Shown here: in pieces, positions 38,565 through 47,960 of the stretch
How positions within the stretch are numbered: position 1 is the stretch's first letter
How the letters are laid out: the number at the start of each line of letters is the position of its first letter
DNA from: a virus
Taxonomy: Duplodnaviria; Caudoviricetes
DNA length: 57,252 nucleotides
Direction: 5' to 3' (one strand)
Virus record (IMG/VR): IMGVR_UViG_3300017987_000106
Coordinates: 1-57,252 of that record
The notes under the pieces: generated by a model
Databases searched by the model: none
Told to the model about the DNA's origin: nothing
Seen by the model: the letters and a program-made list of their open reading frames with translations, nothing else
Made by a program: the position numbers and the translations under genes

Positions 38565-38718
38565 TCCGTTCCTCCTCGTAGGGCTTCGTCCCACAGTTTG
38601 GGCACCAGCTCACCCTACCTTTGTTCTCCATCCTGCCTCCGCACGAGGGGCACGAGCCTGGCTTTCCAGCCTTGGCTGTTTTGACAGAGACTTGTTCTAC
38701 TCCGTACTTTTCCATCAC
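38524..38718 (-). CDS. Small zinc-ribbon protein
   Basis: CPSC...CPNC; AGGAG SD overlapping the polA stop. Confidence 0.7.
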   Translation of the reverse strand: MMEKYGVEQVSVKTAKAGKPGSCPSCGGRMENKGRVSWCPNCGTKPYEEERNAEEEGGRSPDEN

Positions 38719-38724
38719 GGTCTC

Positions 38725-40677
38725 CTACTTGGCATCGGCCCATGTGTAGGATGTTCCACCTTCCGCCTCTACCGGGACGTCGTATGGGAGTCCCGGCCAC
38801 CCTCTCGGGTTCTCCATGATCTCCTTCACCCGGGCCATGGTTGAATCACCGTTCTCTTCTGGGGCCAGGAAGAGCAGCTCATCGTGAATCTGCAGAATCA
38901 TCTCGGCTCCGAGGTCGGCGAGAGTACTGTCATACTCTGCTTCCATCATAGCCAATTGAATGAGATCTGCAGCAGTTCCCTGGATCGGGAAGTTGATAGC
39001 TTGCCTTTCGGCCGACGACCTGTCTGCGTAGCTGGAGTGGTAGGTGCCATGCGGGGTCCTCGTGCGGCCCAGGATTGTACTGACCGTGCCCGTCTCCCAG
39101 AGCATCTTCTTGTAGTAGTTGATGCCCTCTCGGATTCCAGGCCGGGCCTCGAGGTACATCTCGATGGCGTCTTTGGCCTCCTCAGTGCTGACGATGCGCC
39201 CGAGGATTCCGGTAAGCTGAATGGCCAGTCCTTGCGGACCGATCCCGTAGTTGATACCGAACCCGGTTGTCTTTGCAGAGCTCCGGTAGTTCTTCAGAGC
39301 TTTCTGGGCCTTGGTCGGGTCGGACGCTTTCTTCGCTGCGATGATCTCCTCGTAGTCGAGGCCATACATCATAGCGGCCGTCATGGAGTGGAGGTCCATC
39401 CCGTCCGAGATGGCTTGGATGAGCCCGTCGTCGCCGAACATTGCGGCAGCCAGTCGCATCTCCAGGCCACTGTAGTCGACGCAGACGATGATGTATCCGG
39501 GTGGGGCAACGACGGCTTCGCGGATCTTGTAAACGTCACGGTCGGCGTTAGGAAGATTGAGCAGGTTCGGCTGACTGCTACGTAGGCGGTTGGTTACCGT
39601 CGTCGCCCGCAAGGACGTGTGGATCCTCCCGTCGTGGGCGATGTGTTTGAGCAAGCCTTCGACGTAGGTCCCCTTGATCTTGATGATCTTGCGGTAGTCG
39701 AGAATCTGACGGGCGACTTCATGCCCCTCTCGAAGAAGGGCTTCCATGGTCTTCTGGTCGACGGACCACCCGGTGGACGTCTTCCTCTTGGGCTTGAGTC
39801 CCAAGGTCCCGAACAAGAACTCGGAGACCTGTTTGGGCGAGGACAAGTTGACGCTGACATTGTACTCGCTGCAGAGCTCGCGGGTGATATCCCTGGCGTC
39901 CTTCACCATCGGCTCGGCTAGCTGACTGAGGCGTGCTGCGTCGAAGGGGACACCGCGCCTCTCGATGTTCTGGAGCACCTGGATGAAAGGAACATCGAGG
40001 TGGACGTGCTGGTCCCACCTGGTCGGCTTCTTTGGAACTCCAATAGCGGCGAGAGATTCTGGGGCACCCTCCCACGGGATCGTGGCCAAGCGCTCCTGGA
40101 TCATCTCCCCAACCTCGAGCGTTGCCCATGGGTCTAGGGTAGCGTAGTCGGTTGCAGCCTGTTGCCTCTCGGGGTCTTCAAAGACTTCGACGACGAGTTT
40201 GCGCGTCATCTTCTTCCCGAAGACCTCCTTGAACCCCTTCAAGTTCAAGCCGCACATCTTCTTGGCGATGGTCTTCAGGCCATGGTCTCCCTCTTCGTCG
40301 AAGAGGTGGTGCATCTTCATCGTGTCGCCACGAAGGCCCCTCACTTCGATACCATGGTTGGCCATGAGCCTGTAGTCGTAGGGAGCGTTCTGCGCGAACT
40401 TCGGCTTCTCCGGATCCTCAAACCAGGGTCTGAGTATGTCATAGAACACGAAGTAGGCTGGGCTGTATGTGGGGACTAGGACTCGCCGGCCGAGAGGGTG
40501 TGAAGAAGGCCGGTATGCGAACTGAATCATATAGACGGTAGCGTCCCATTCGAGACCAGAAGTCTCAGTGTCGTAGGCTACCACCTCGTCGTAGGCCATC
40601 AGGCTTTCGTACAGGGCCTGGACCTCTTCCTTCGTCGTTAGTACCTCCGGCGGAGGCAGGTCTAGTCGGTATTTCAT
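38725..40677 (-). CDS. polA: DNA polymerase family A with 3'-5' exonuclease, no 5' nuclease
   Basis: YDTETSGL (ExoI), YATLD (ExoIII), DYSGLEMR (motif A), RSSAKTTGFGINYG (motif B), QIHDEL (motif C). Confidence 0.95.
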   Translation of the reverse strand: MKYRLDLPPPEVLTTKEEVQALYESLMAYDEVVAYDTETSGLEWDATVYMIQFAYRPSSHPLGRRVLVPTYSPAYFVFYDILRPWFEDPEKPKFAQNAPYDYRLMANHGIEVRGLRGDTMKMHHLFDEEGDHGLKTIAKKMCGLNLKGFKEVFGKKMTRKLVVEVFEDPERQQAATDYATLDPWATLEVGEMIQERLATIPWEGAPESLAAIGVPKKPTRWDQHVHLDVPFIQVLQNIERRGVPFDAARLSQLAEPMVKDARDITRELCSEYNVSVNLSSPKQVSEFLFGTLGLKPKRKTSTGWSVDQKTMEALLREGHEVARQILDYRKIIKIKGTYVEGLLKHIAHDGRIHTSLRATTVTNRLRSSQPNLLNLPNADRDVYKIREAVVAPPGYIIVCVDYSGLEMRLAAAMFGDDGLIQAISDGMDLHSMTAAMMYGLDYEEIIAAKKASDPTKAQKALKNYRSSAKTTGFGINYGIGPQGLAIQLTGILGRIVSTEEAKDAIEMYLEARPGIREGINYYKKMLWETGTVSTILGRTRTPHGTYHSSYADRSSAERQAINFPIQGTAADLIQLAMMEAEYDSTLADLGAEMILQIHDELLFLAPEENGDSTMARVKEIMENPRGWPGLPYDVPVEAEGGTSYTWADAK

Positions 40678-40690
40678 ATCCTATCCTGGT

Positions 40691-40720
40691 TGGGGGGAGG
40701 CAGTCTCCCACCTCCCCCCA
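40691..40720 (-). terminator. GC-rich hairpin with GAGA tetraloop between the SSB and polA genes (terminator/attenuator or processing site)
   Basis: Perfect 10-bp inverted repeat tggggggagg/cctcccccca. On the minus strand it extends to 13 bp around GAGA. Confidence 0.55.
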
Positions 40721-40737
40721 GGTTGGTGTGGTGACGG

Positions 40738-41841
40738 CTACCGGTTACCGCGCCTGTACCCGCGGGAGCGTTGTTGCTGAGAGCCGCCTCCGGGCGCCAA
40801 GCCCATGTCTTTGAGCTGGTCGTTGAGCTTGTTGACCTTCAGCTTCTTGCTGAAGTCCATGCCCTCGGCGAACGCCTCCAAGGCTTCCTTCGGTACTTCG
40901 AAGTTGACGTACTCGGCCCAGGACATTCCCTGGGGTTTCTCACAGGCGTACGTCGTGGCCGTCTTGTCCCCGATGCGAGTGACCTCCATCGGCTTCATGA
41001 ACGGATCGATGGGGCGGGCCTCCGGACAGCTCTTCGGGTTCTTCTCGTGGTTGAGGCAGGAGTAGACAGCCTCGGGGAGGAACATGTTGTTGAAGGCGTC
41101 TTCCTCCTTCTCTGTGGTCCAGCAACCTCCGTCCTTGACCGGCTTGCACTTCTGCAGCTGGTTGAGGACCTGGTGGCGGATCTTGACAGGCCCACCCATC
41201 CGCCCGAGCTCGGAGTCGGTCTTCAGGATGCACCCGCACTCGGGGCAGCGGACCTCGACGACGTAGCACGTGCTGACTTCTGGGTCGCCCGTCTCGGCGA
41301 CGCATTCGCACACGTCCTCGAGGCTCTCGGCGAAGTCGTTCCAGGAATCCTGCGAGTTGGACCCCATCCGAAAGAACCTCGGACCTCCAATGACGGCTTC
41401 CTCGGGCCGTGTGTCGCCGGAGTGCCTGCCATGCCACATCTCGTACAGGGCCATGTTGTTCTGGCCCATCGTCATCAGCCACCAGTTCATGTCCCAGACG
41501 CCCAAGAAGGAGAAGGAGGTCTTGACGACCCCAACGCTCTTCGCCTTGGTCTGCCGTTCCTTGTCTCGCTGGTCGCAGTAGTAGCACTCTCCGTTGAAGT
41601 CGGGGAGCTCTCTCGTGCAGGCGACGTACCGGCGCGAGTCACCGACCTTGTGGGCCGGAATCTCTTCCTCGATCTGGTACTCCCCTTCCCCGTTCAACAT
41701 CGGGATGTACAGCCCGCTTTCGCCCGGATCGTGACGGATCTTCCAGCGCCTGAAGGCGAATCGATCCTCGTCGGTCTGCTCTTGTTGAGCTTTCTGGCGC
41801 GCGAGCTGTCGGCTACGTGCTTGTGCGTTTCTGAGTCCCAT
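40738..41841 (-). CDS. Putative single-stranded DNA-binding protein (gp32-like) with Cys-rich insertion
   Basis: H...C...CYYC Zn-type motif; VTRIGDKTATTY OB-type C-motif; lies between primase and polymerase. ATG 41841 with AGGAG SD. Confidence 0.5.
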   Translation of the reverse strand: MGLRNAQARSRQLARQKAQQEQTDEDRFAFRRWKIRHDPGESGLYIPMLNGEGEYQIEEEIPAHKVGDSRRYVACTRELPDFNGECYYCDQRDKERQTKAKSVGVVKTSFSFLGVWDMNWWLMTMGQNNMALYEMWHGRHSGDTRPEEAVIGGPRFFRMGSNSQDSWNDFAESLEDVCECVAETGDPEVSTCYVVEVRCPECGCILKTDSELGRMGGPVKIRHQVLNQLQKCKPVKDGGCWTTEKEEDAFNNMFLPEAVYSCLNHEKNPKSCPEARPIDPFMKPMEVTRIGDKTATTYACEKPQGMSWAEYVNFEVPKEALEAFAEGMDFSKKLKVNKLNDQLKDMGLAPGGGSQQQRSRGYRRGNR

Positions 41842-41852
41842 CTGGTTTTCTC

Positions 41853-42830
41853 CTAGTTTTCTCTGAGGGTCCAATCGAGGTATGTGGATGACCCCCTAAC
41901 GACCCTTCTGACTTGGTTGAGGTCTTCGACCTCGGAAATGTCCTTCACATCTTCCGTGAAGGCGATTCTGGGCATGGTGAACCGGGATAGGCGTTTGCAG
42001 AGCTTGGGTGCCTGCTCCCGCCCGGCCTTGTCATCGTCCAGCATGACGACCAGCGTGCAGCCAGTGCGAAAGACGAGGGTGTTCAAGACGCGTATCTGTT
42101 TTCGACTGAACATGGCTCCGGTCAGGGATACCCCTGTGATCCCGGCCATCTCTAGCCGCATGACTTCCTTGAACCCCTCACATACTGGAACGAGCTCCCC
42201 TCTACGGGCCGACAGGACGGCTCGGTGGACGTTGTAGACCAGGTTGGCCCGTTGAGGTCGATACCCAACAGGCGCCAGGTCATACAGATCCTCCTCGCCG
42301 TAGAACTTGTACTTCGGCCAGGCATTCCCGTAGACGGTTCTCCCGGAGACCGCGACCAGCTTTGACCACATATCCCTGATTGGGTACGTGATCCTCTCCT
42401 GTCCGTGATCCCAGCCTATTTCAAATTTGAACAACGCCTCCTCGGGCCATCCGTCATCGAGCATGTCGATGGGACACCCGTAGAACACGTCCAGCACCTC
42501 CTCTGGCAGGACAACTCCTGCCTCCCTATGTCGTTGCTCCAGTACATGCTGGCGAAGGCGTGAGGGCCTCTCAGGGCGTCCTAGCCCCTTCGTCAGCTGC
42601 TTGACTTGCTCCTTGCTGTACCCCAAGCGGTAGAGGAGGGTATCGACCCACCCTCCACCACACCCTGCCAGACAGTTCCAGTCGCCCGTGTCCAAATTCA
42701 CCCCGAAGCTGGGGCGGTTGTCGTCGTGAAAGGGGCACCGCGCTTTGATTTGGCGATGTCCCCTCTCTCCGGCGTAGGGCTTGCTGACCCTCTCCAGGTG
42801 GGAGAGGGCGGTCTCGACTGCGAGATTCAT
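41853..42830 (-). CDS. dnaG: DNA primase (CHC2 zinc finger + TOPRIM)
   Basis: CPFHDDNRPSF...CLAGC; VCEGFKE; MLDDDKAG. Confidence 0.9.
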   Translation of the reverse strand: MNLAVETALSHLERVSKPYAGERGHRQIKARCPFHDDNRPSFGVNLDTGDWNCLAGCGGGWVDTLLYRLGYSKEQVKQLTKGLGRPERPSRLRQHVLEQRHREAGVVLPEEVLDVFYGCPIDMLDDGWPEEALFKFEIGWDHGQERITYPIRDMWSKLVAVSGRTVYGNAWPKYKFYGEEDLYDLAPVGYRPQRANLVYNVHRAVLSARRGELVPVCEGFKEVMRLEMAGITGVSLTGAMFSRKQIRVLNTLVFRTGCTLVVMLDDDKAGREQAPKLCKRLSRFTMPRIAFTEDVKDISEVEDLNQVRRVVRGSSTYLDWTLREN

Positions 42831-44116
42831 TTCCTCCCCCTGAGTTTCTGTTGCTTGGGACTTCTTCTACGAACTTTCTCCTCCTTCGACTCGTCTTTCT
42901 TGAGAGAGCGGTGCCCAGGCGGTACCTCGTGGATCCTCTCGCAGAAGTCCGCGAAGCAGGCCCAGTCTTCCGCCTCTAGCTCTCTTGCAGCGGCAACTTT
43001 GAAATGGCGTATGCCGGTCTCCTTGTTCAAAGAAACCCACAAGACGATGTCAGCGATCTGTTCGATCTGGATACTCTCTGCGATGTCGCCGTCCTTGTTC
43101 GACTGCGTTGAGACCATGACCGGCAGGTCCTTGACTCGGCTTATCTTCTTCAACCTCTTCGAGACGTCACCCAACTTGTGCCGGAGCTCCCTATTCGGGT
43201 CACCCATGGTGATGTACTGCATCTGGTCGACCAGGAGGATGTCCGGCTTGTGCTCATCGACGAGTCCTTCGATTCTGTCGATGCGCAGTTCGCCCTCTTC
43301 GTCTTCCGGGTCGTAGATGATGAAGTTCGACTGGTCTAGGAAAGAAGCAATCACCCGCCGAAGGTGCATCATGTTCTCAGCAGCCTTGGCGTCCCCCATC
43401 TTGAAGAGGTCTTTCGTCCTCATCGGAGAATAGGGGAAGCCGGCCCTGATGGCGTAGACGCGGCGAGCGATTTGGCTCTTGGGCATCTCCGGTGTGATGA
43501 AGAGGACTTTGTACCCTTCTCTGGAGACGAACTCGGCTTGCTCGAGCAAGGCCCAGGTCTTGGCGTTCTTCTTCTTGCCGTAGAGTACGATGAACTCGCC
43601 TGAGCGAGCTCCACCAGAACACTTCTGCATGGTGGGCCAGACGTAGGGGACTACGCGATCGACCTCTTGTTCGGAGGTCAATGCCCTGAAGTCGATGTCG
43701 GCCCGACTTCCCAAGACATAGGTCGGCGTTCTGCCGAAGCTCGAGGAGATATCCATGTACTTCTTCTGGAGCTCCTCGGCAGCCCCGAGAGGGCCGTGTC
43801 TCTCCAGAAGGTCCTGCGACTCGATTTGGAGCCGCCTGAACTTCGCTTCGGCGAGCTCTTCTGCCACAGCCGAACAGAGTATCTCTGGGTCCTCCTCGTC
43901 CGTCTCCTCGAAGTAGATCCCCGGGAGCTTCTCCCGGATGGTCTTCTTGCGCGGGACGGACCCGTGCTCATTGAAGTAGAGCGAGACGAACTCCAAGAGG
44001 ATTGAGGCGTCTTCGTCGGTTAGTTCGTCGTGGGTGATCCCCCACATGCGTAGAGGTCGCAAGTCACCGGTCTCTATTACCCTCGTCACGAGGGCCATCT
44101 GAAACCTCGAGCTCAT
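42827..44116 (-). CDS. dnaB: DnaB-like replicative helicase
   Basis: Walker A-like GKKKNAKT; FITPEM; LLVDQMQ; STQSNK; IEQIAD. GGAGG SD. Confidence 0.8.
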   Translation of the reverse strand: MSSRFQMALVTRVIETGDLRPLRMWGITHDELTDEDASILLEFVSLYFNEHGSVPRKKTIREKLPGIYFEETDEEDPEILCSAVAEELAEAKFRRLQIESQDLLERHGPLGAAEELQKKYMDISSSFGRTPTYVLGSRADIDFRALTSEQEVDRVVPYVWPTMQKCSGGARSGEFIVLYGKKKNAKTWALLEQAEFVSREGYKVLFITPEMPKSQIARRVYAIRAGFPYSPMRTKDLFKMGDAKAAENMMHLRRVIASFLDQSNFIIYDPEDEEGELRIDRIEGLVDEHKPDILLVDQMQYITMGDPNRELRHKLGDVSKRLKKISRVKDLPVMVSTQSNKDGDIAESIQIEQIADIVLWVSLNKETGIRHFKVAAARELEAEDWACFADFCERIHEVPPGHRSLKKDESKEEKVRRRSPKQQKLRGRK

Positions 44117-44141
44117 TGCTTACCTCCGTCTTGGGACGCAC

Positions 44142-44170
44142 AGATTACTACGCGGAAAGGCCCTGGTCAA
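44142..44170 (-). promoter_or_regulatory. Sigma70-type promoter upstream of helicase-primase-SSB-polA
   Basis: TTGACC-17 nt-TAATCT in one of the few intergenic gaps. Confidence 0.5.
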
Positions 44171-44445
44171 TCGAGGCTGACACCTCCAATGTCCTTACCT
44201 CTGTAGGGCTTTCCGGTATCGAAGGCCGCCTCGACGTCGTCAGCAATAGCGTCGACGAGAGCCTGTGCTCGGCGCATGACGCGCTCGCTGGTTGCGACGC
44301 CCTCTACGAAGGCGGTGGGTGTACCCTGGCCGGAGATCCCGGCCTTGTACTGGACCTTCAGTACTGCTGTCCCCTGACGGGGGAGCGACTCTTGTACCTG
44401 CACGTCTAGCGCGCAGACTCTATCGATGGCGCATTTCCTGATCAT
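44167..44445 (-). CDS. Hypothetical protein (92 aa)
   Basis: ATGA coupling. Confidence 0.55.
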   Translation of the reverse strand: MIRKCAIDRVCALDVQVQESLPRQGTAVLKVQYKAGISGQGTPTAFVEGVATSERVMRRAQALVDAIADDVEAAFDTGKPYRGKDIGGVSLD

Positions 44446-44825
44446 TCGCCATCACCGATCTGGAGGACGATCTTCCCATCGAGTTGGTAGGCCTCGGGGA
44501 TCCAAGACCCGTCGACCATCTCGACGAAAGGCACCAACCCGTCGGCGATGTGCTCCGCCATCGTTTGGTGGGCCTCCCCGTTGAAGAGGTCCTCCTCAGT
44601 GACGTCACACTCGCCACCCATGTCGATCTTGAAGCTGTAGTTCCCGTAGTCGACGGACCTCCCGAAGGAGAGCCTAACTGACGCGCGGGCGGTTCTGTTC
44701 TTCTTTCGGATCAGCCTTTCGGCCGAGTCGATTCCTGGCATGGCTACCTCCAAATCTCGTTCCTTCCCCGAGATGTTGTTCTTGATCGTCATCTTCCCGG
44801 AGAAGGCGTTCTTCCTCTCGCTCAT
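44442..44825 (-). CDS. Hypothetical protein (127 aa)
   Basis: GGAGG SD; ATGA coupling. Confidence 0.65.
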   Translation of the reverse strand: MSERKNAFSGKMTIKNNISGKERDLEVAMPGIDSAERLIRKKNRTARASVRLSFGRSVDYGNYSFKIDMGGECDVTEEDLFNGEAHQTMAEHIADGLVPFVEMVDGSWIPEAYQLDGKIVLQIGDGE

Positions 44826-45373
44826 GACTCCTCCGATTTCTTGAACGCCGCGCGCCTGGTCTTATTGGTTTCTACGAAACCCCCGGCGCGCGTAGCAGTA
44901 TCGACTTTTATGAACCCTTGTGCAACAGCCGCGTCCCAGATTTTCGGGTCCACTTTCTCCTCGGTGATGATGAGCGGCTGCCCTCCGATTTCAATGTCTC
45001 CGTACCCCAGGTCACGCAGGACACTGATGTTGAAAGCCTTGTTCTTGCCCCCGGAGTGGCTTTTGAACGTCCACCCTTCGATGGTTTGGGGCCGTGAGAA
45101 TTTCCTGGAGATCCTCTTGGCTTTCGCCATCAGATGTTGGATCTCGTTCATCCTCTCGTCGATCTGGTCTTGGAAGCTCGGCTTTGCCGGCATGTTCTCG
45201 GCAAGTTCTCGAACTTTGTCTAGCAGCTCCGGGGCTTCTAGCATTGCATGGTAGAGCTCTTCGGCCTCCGTCTGCTTGGCTCTGATCTCGTCAACTACAG
45301 CCGTCATGTCGTTCAGCTGTGTAGCGAGCTCGTAGGCGTCTCTCAATGCGCCGCTCTTCTTGATTCTCGGCAT
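44822..45373 (-). CDS. Hypothetical coiled-coil protein (183 aa)
   Basis: AGGAGGAG SD. Confidence 0.65.
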   Translation of the reverse strand: MPRIKKSGALRDAYELATQLNDMTAVVDEIRAKQTEAEELYHAMLEAPELLDKVRELAENMPAKPSFQDQIDERMNEIQHLMAKAKRISRKFSRPQTIEGWTFKSHSGGKNKAFNISVLRDLGYGDIEIGGQPLIITEEKVDPKIWDAAVAQGFIKVDTATRAGGFVETNKTRRAAFKKSEES

Positions 45374-45382
45374 CTACTCCTC

Positions 45383-46144
45383 CTAGTTCAGGTATACGGC
45401 CAACTCCTCCACAATCTCCGGAACTCTCTTCCGTCCTTCGTAGGCCGCAAGTACGTATTGGGTAATCCCCTCGGCAATCGCCAGGTCTCTCACGAGCTGC
45501 TCATACGGATCGTCGCTGAAGAAGACCTTGGGGAAGTTGTCGATGGGGGGCAGGGTGTTGTCTGGCAACCGGCTGTCGATACGACGAAGCACACCGGCCG
45601 GGTGCCAGGTCACTAGCATGGGGTATGTCAAGTCTCCCTTGACCTCGCTAGGGACTTTGATGTTGACGACTTCACCGCGGTAGGCCTTGAGCGTGCAGGA
45701 TGGCCCGCCGAGTGTCTTTGCAGCAACGGCACCGAGAGCTACCACCAGAAGCGGGTTCAGGTGGTAGATCTCCTTGTGCAGGCGCTCCCTACACGCGCTG
45801 ACTTCTCCGCCCATCGGCTGCCGGTTGTACTTGGGGTTCTCCAAGTCGGGCGGGCGGCAGAGGACTGCGTTGGTGTAGTAGTGGCGATCCTTGTCGATGT
45901 CGAGCATCCAGAGGACGTCGAATAGGGTCGTTCCAGTCTTGCCGACGAAGACCTCTCCCTTCTTCTCCTCTTGGACGCCGGGAGCTTCCCCGACAAACAC
46001 GATCGGGGGGTTGTCGATGTTTCCTTTCCCGAAGATCGGACGACCAAGTCGGGTCTCGTTGAGGGGACAGCGGGTACAATTCCCCCACTCCGCTCCCAGG
46101 TAGCTTTCGACTTCCGAGGGCGGTAGGTGTTCAAGTTCCGTCAA
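45383..46144 (-). CDS. udg: Uracil-DNA glycosylase family 4 (4Fe-4S)
   Basis: CTRCPL; FVGEAPG..E; FVG..G; TNAVLCRPP..NRQP..C; TWHPA. Confidence 0.9.
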   Translation of the reverse strand: MTELEHLPPSEVESYLGAEWGNCTRCPLNETRLGRPIFGKGNIDNPPIVFVGEAPGVQEEKKGEVFVGKTGTTLFDVLWMLDIDKDRHYYTNAVLCRPPDLENPKYNRQPMGGEVSACRERLHKEIYHLNPLLVVALGAVAAKTLGGPSCTLKAYRGEVVNIKVPSEVKGDLTYPMLVTWHPAGVLRRIDSRLPDNTLPPIDNFPKVFFSDDPYEQLVRDLAIAEGITQYVLAAYEGRKRVPEIVEELAVYLN

Positions 46145-47480
46145 TGCTCTTTCTCCTGTAGCCGTATCGGTACACGTTCCCGCGGAACTTCCCGAATGTT
46201 CGGTGTAGCATGGGCACGTCTACTGGGTCGTAGGCGTAGACGTGCGGCGGCTGTTTGGTTGGGTGGTTTCTGAGGATCCTTCCGACTCCTTGGACGAAGC
46301 GCCTCTTGCCGGCCCAGGGCAAGCAGATGTGCAGCGTGTCCAGCTCGGGCCTGTCGAGTCCCTCTGTTGCCAGCTGGGTGGTCGCACACACGATGTCACT
46401 ATCGTGTAGAGCTCCTGCCCGGTCATCTGCGTCCGTGTCCCCGACTAACAAGGAGGACCCTTTCAGGTTGCTGTGAAGAAAGCGCAGCTGCTCCTTGCGG
46501 TCGCTCAAGAGGAGCTGCTTTCTGCCCTGCCCAGCGCATTGCTGAACCTGAGCCAGGATGGAGTCGTTGATCTTGCTTGTACCAACTTCGTTCAAAGTCC
46601 ACGCACGCTCAGCCCCATCGTCATCAAGGGACGCCCCTACCTTGATCCTGGCGATTTGCTGCTGCGTCAGGCGCGCTTTGGTCTTGACGAAGAAGACCTC
46701 GGGCTCGAGGTCGGTTTCGTCGTTGCGGTAGACGACAGGCCCGATGTGGTTCAAAAAGACCGACTCCAGCCCAGCACAGTCCGGTGTTGCGCTGAGCCCA
46801 ACACGCCTACCCCTGCAGATCGCCAACCCGTTGCGGAATTGGAACCCCTGCATGTGGTGTACTTCGTCGTAGATGACTAGCCCGAACTCCGAGAAGAGGG
46901 GGACGCACTTGTCCGGAGTCCTGGATAGAGATTGTATCAGGGATACAACGAGGTCTTTCTCCTCGTACTTCCACTTCTTGGCCTTTCCTCCTATCAGGCC
47001 TATGCGGTCCTTGGGCAGACCAAGCACTGTCTGTGCTCGGTCTACCCATTGCTGCTGTAGGTCTTTCGTGTGTACGACGATCAGCGTCGGGACGGCCAGG
47101 GTCTGTGCCAGCTGTAGCCCGATAGCGGTCTTCCCTGTGCCAGGCGGCAGTTGGATCACCCCGTTCTCTTCCAGTAGCACATCCACAGCCTGGATTTGTG
47201 CTCGCCGAGCCCTCTCGTTTGGGGCGTTGTCCGCGGAGACGACATTGGCTGCCGACCCGAATGCTTTTCGGAACGCGGGCTCGATCCTCAAGACAGGGAC
47301 CTGCAAGAGATTGAGCTGGGAGTCCGAGAAGACTTCCCTCGGACACATCCAGTACTTGCCGACGTCGTACACCTCTTGCACTTCGCGCCCGTCAGCGTAG
47401 GCGTACGAGCATTTGCTCGTCAGCGCCCGCCAATTGAGTTCCCCTTTGGGCACGAGTGCCCAGGTCCCCTTTACTACCAT
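46131..47480 (-). CDS. SF2 DEAD/DEAH helicase (UvsW/XPB-like)
   Basis: LPPGTGKT; YDEVHH; GLSATP; EGLD; QGVGRILR. Probable start ATG 47480. Confidence 0.9.
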   Translation of the reverse strand: MVVKGTWALVPKGELNWRALTSKCSYAYADGREVQEVYDVGKYWMCPREVFSDSQLNLLQVPVLRIEPAFRKAFGSAANVVSADNAPNERARRAQIQAVDVLLEENGVIQLPPGTGKTAIGLQLAQTLAVPTLIVVHTKDLQQQWVDRAQTVLGLPKDRIGLIGGKAKKWKYEEKDLVVSLIQSLSRTPDKCVPLFSEFGLVIYDEVHHMQGFQFRNGLAICRGRRVGLSATPDCAGLESVFLNHIGPVVYRNDETDLEPEVFFVKTKARLTQQQIARIKVGASLDDDGAERAWTLNEVGTSKINDSILAQVQQCAGQGRKQLLLSDRKEQLRFLHSNLKGSSLLVGDTDADDRAGALHDSDIVCATTQLATEGLDRPELDTLHICLPWAGKRRFVQGVGRILRNHPTKQPPHVYAYDPVDVPMLHRTFGKFRGNVYRYGYRRKSIDGT

Positions 47481-47833
47481 TTGAACACCATCATTTTCTG
47501 AAAGGCTGCTCGGATGCCGATCAGAATACCATGCGAGACGACCAGAGTCGCGCCCATAGCGGCTGCTTTTCCGGTCACTTTGATCATCATCCCCATGGCG
47601 TCTTCCCACTTCACCGGGACGTCTTCTTCGTTGTCGATGTCCTGGAAGATGGACTCGAGAACGTCTCCCATCGATGAGGAGAAGATGTCTTTCCCCTTGC
47701 CTACGCTCCGTACGTCGATCCCAGTATCGTCGTCATCGTCGTAGTCGGCGTTCGGGGACCTTGTGATTCTCACTCTTCGCCCATTTTCGCGTCCCAGCCA
47801 AGTCCTCGGTCGCGGAATTCTACTTGCTGACAT
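47474..47833 (-). CDS. Hypothetical protein with hydrophobic C-terminal helix (119 aa), first gene of the operon
   Basis: AAGGAGG SD; AAAMGATLVVSHGILIGI. Confidence 0.6.
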   Translation of the reverse strand: MSASRIPRPRTWLGRENGRRVRITRSPNADYDDDDDTGIDVRSVGKGKDIFSSSMGDVLESIFQDIDNEEDVPVKWEDAMGMMIKVTGKAAAMGATLVVSHGILIGIRAAFQKMMVFKW

Positions 47834-47904
47834 TCATGTCCTCCTTGCGCTATGTTCCTGTCATCCGGTGCCCTGACTTATACGGAGAACTGAAAGGCAC
47901 GACG

Positions 47905-47933
47905 TTGACGGTCTTGCCTGCTCCGAGTAAGCT
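47905..47933 (+). promoter_or_regulatory. Sigma70-type promoter driving the head/portal/RNAP operon
   Basis: TTGACG-17 nt-TAAGCT in the divergent intergenic region. Confidence 0.55.
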
Positions 47934-47960
47934 GGCGGTAGGATTTTGCGAGGAGTTATC

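Noticed and set aside
40771-41856. 361-aa plus-strand ORF antisense to the SSB gene (similarly 48006..48902, 4286..5218)
   Set aside because: Antisense mirror caused by GC-rich codon bias; no SD or recognisable motifs.
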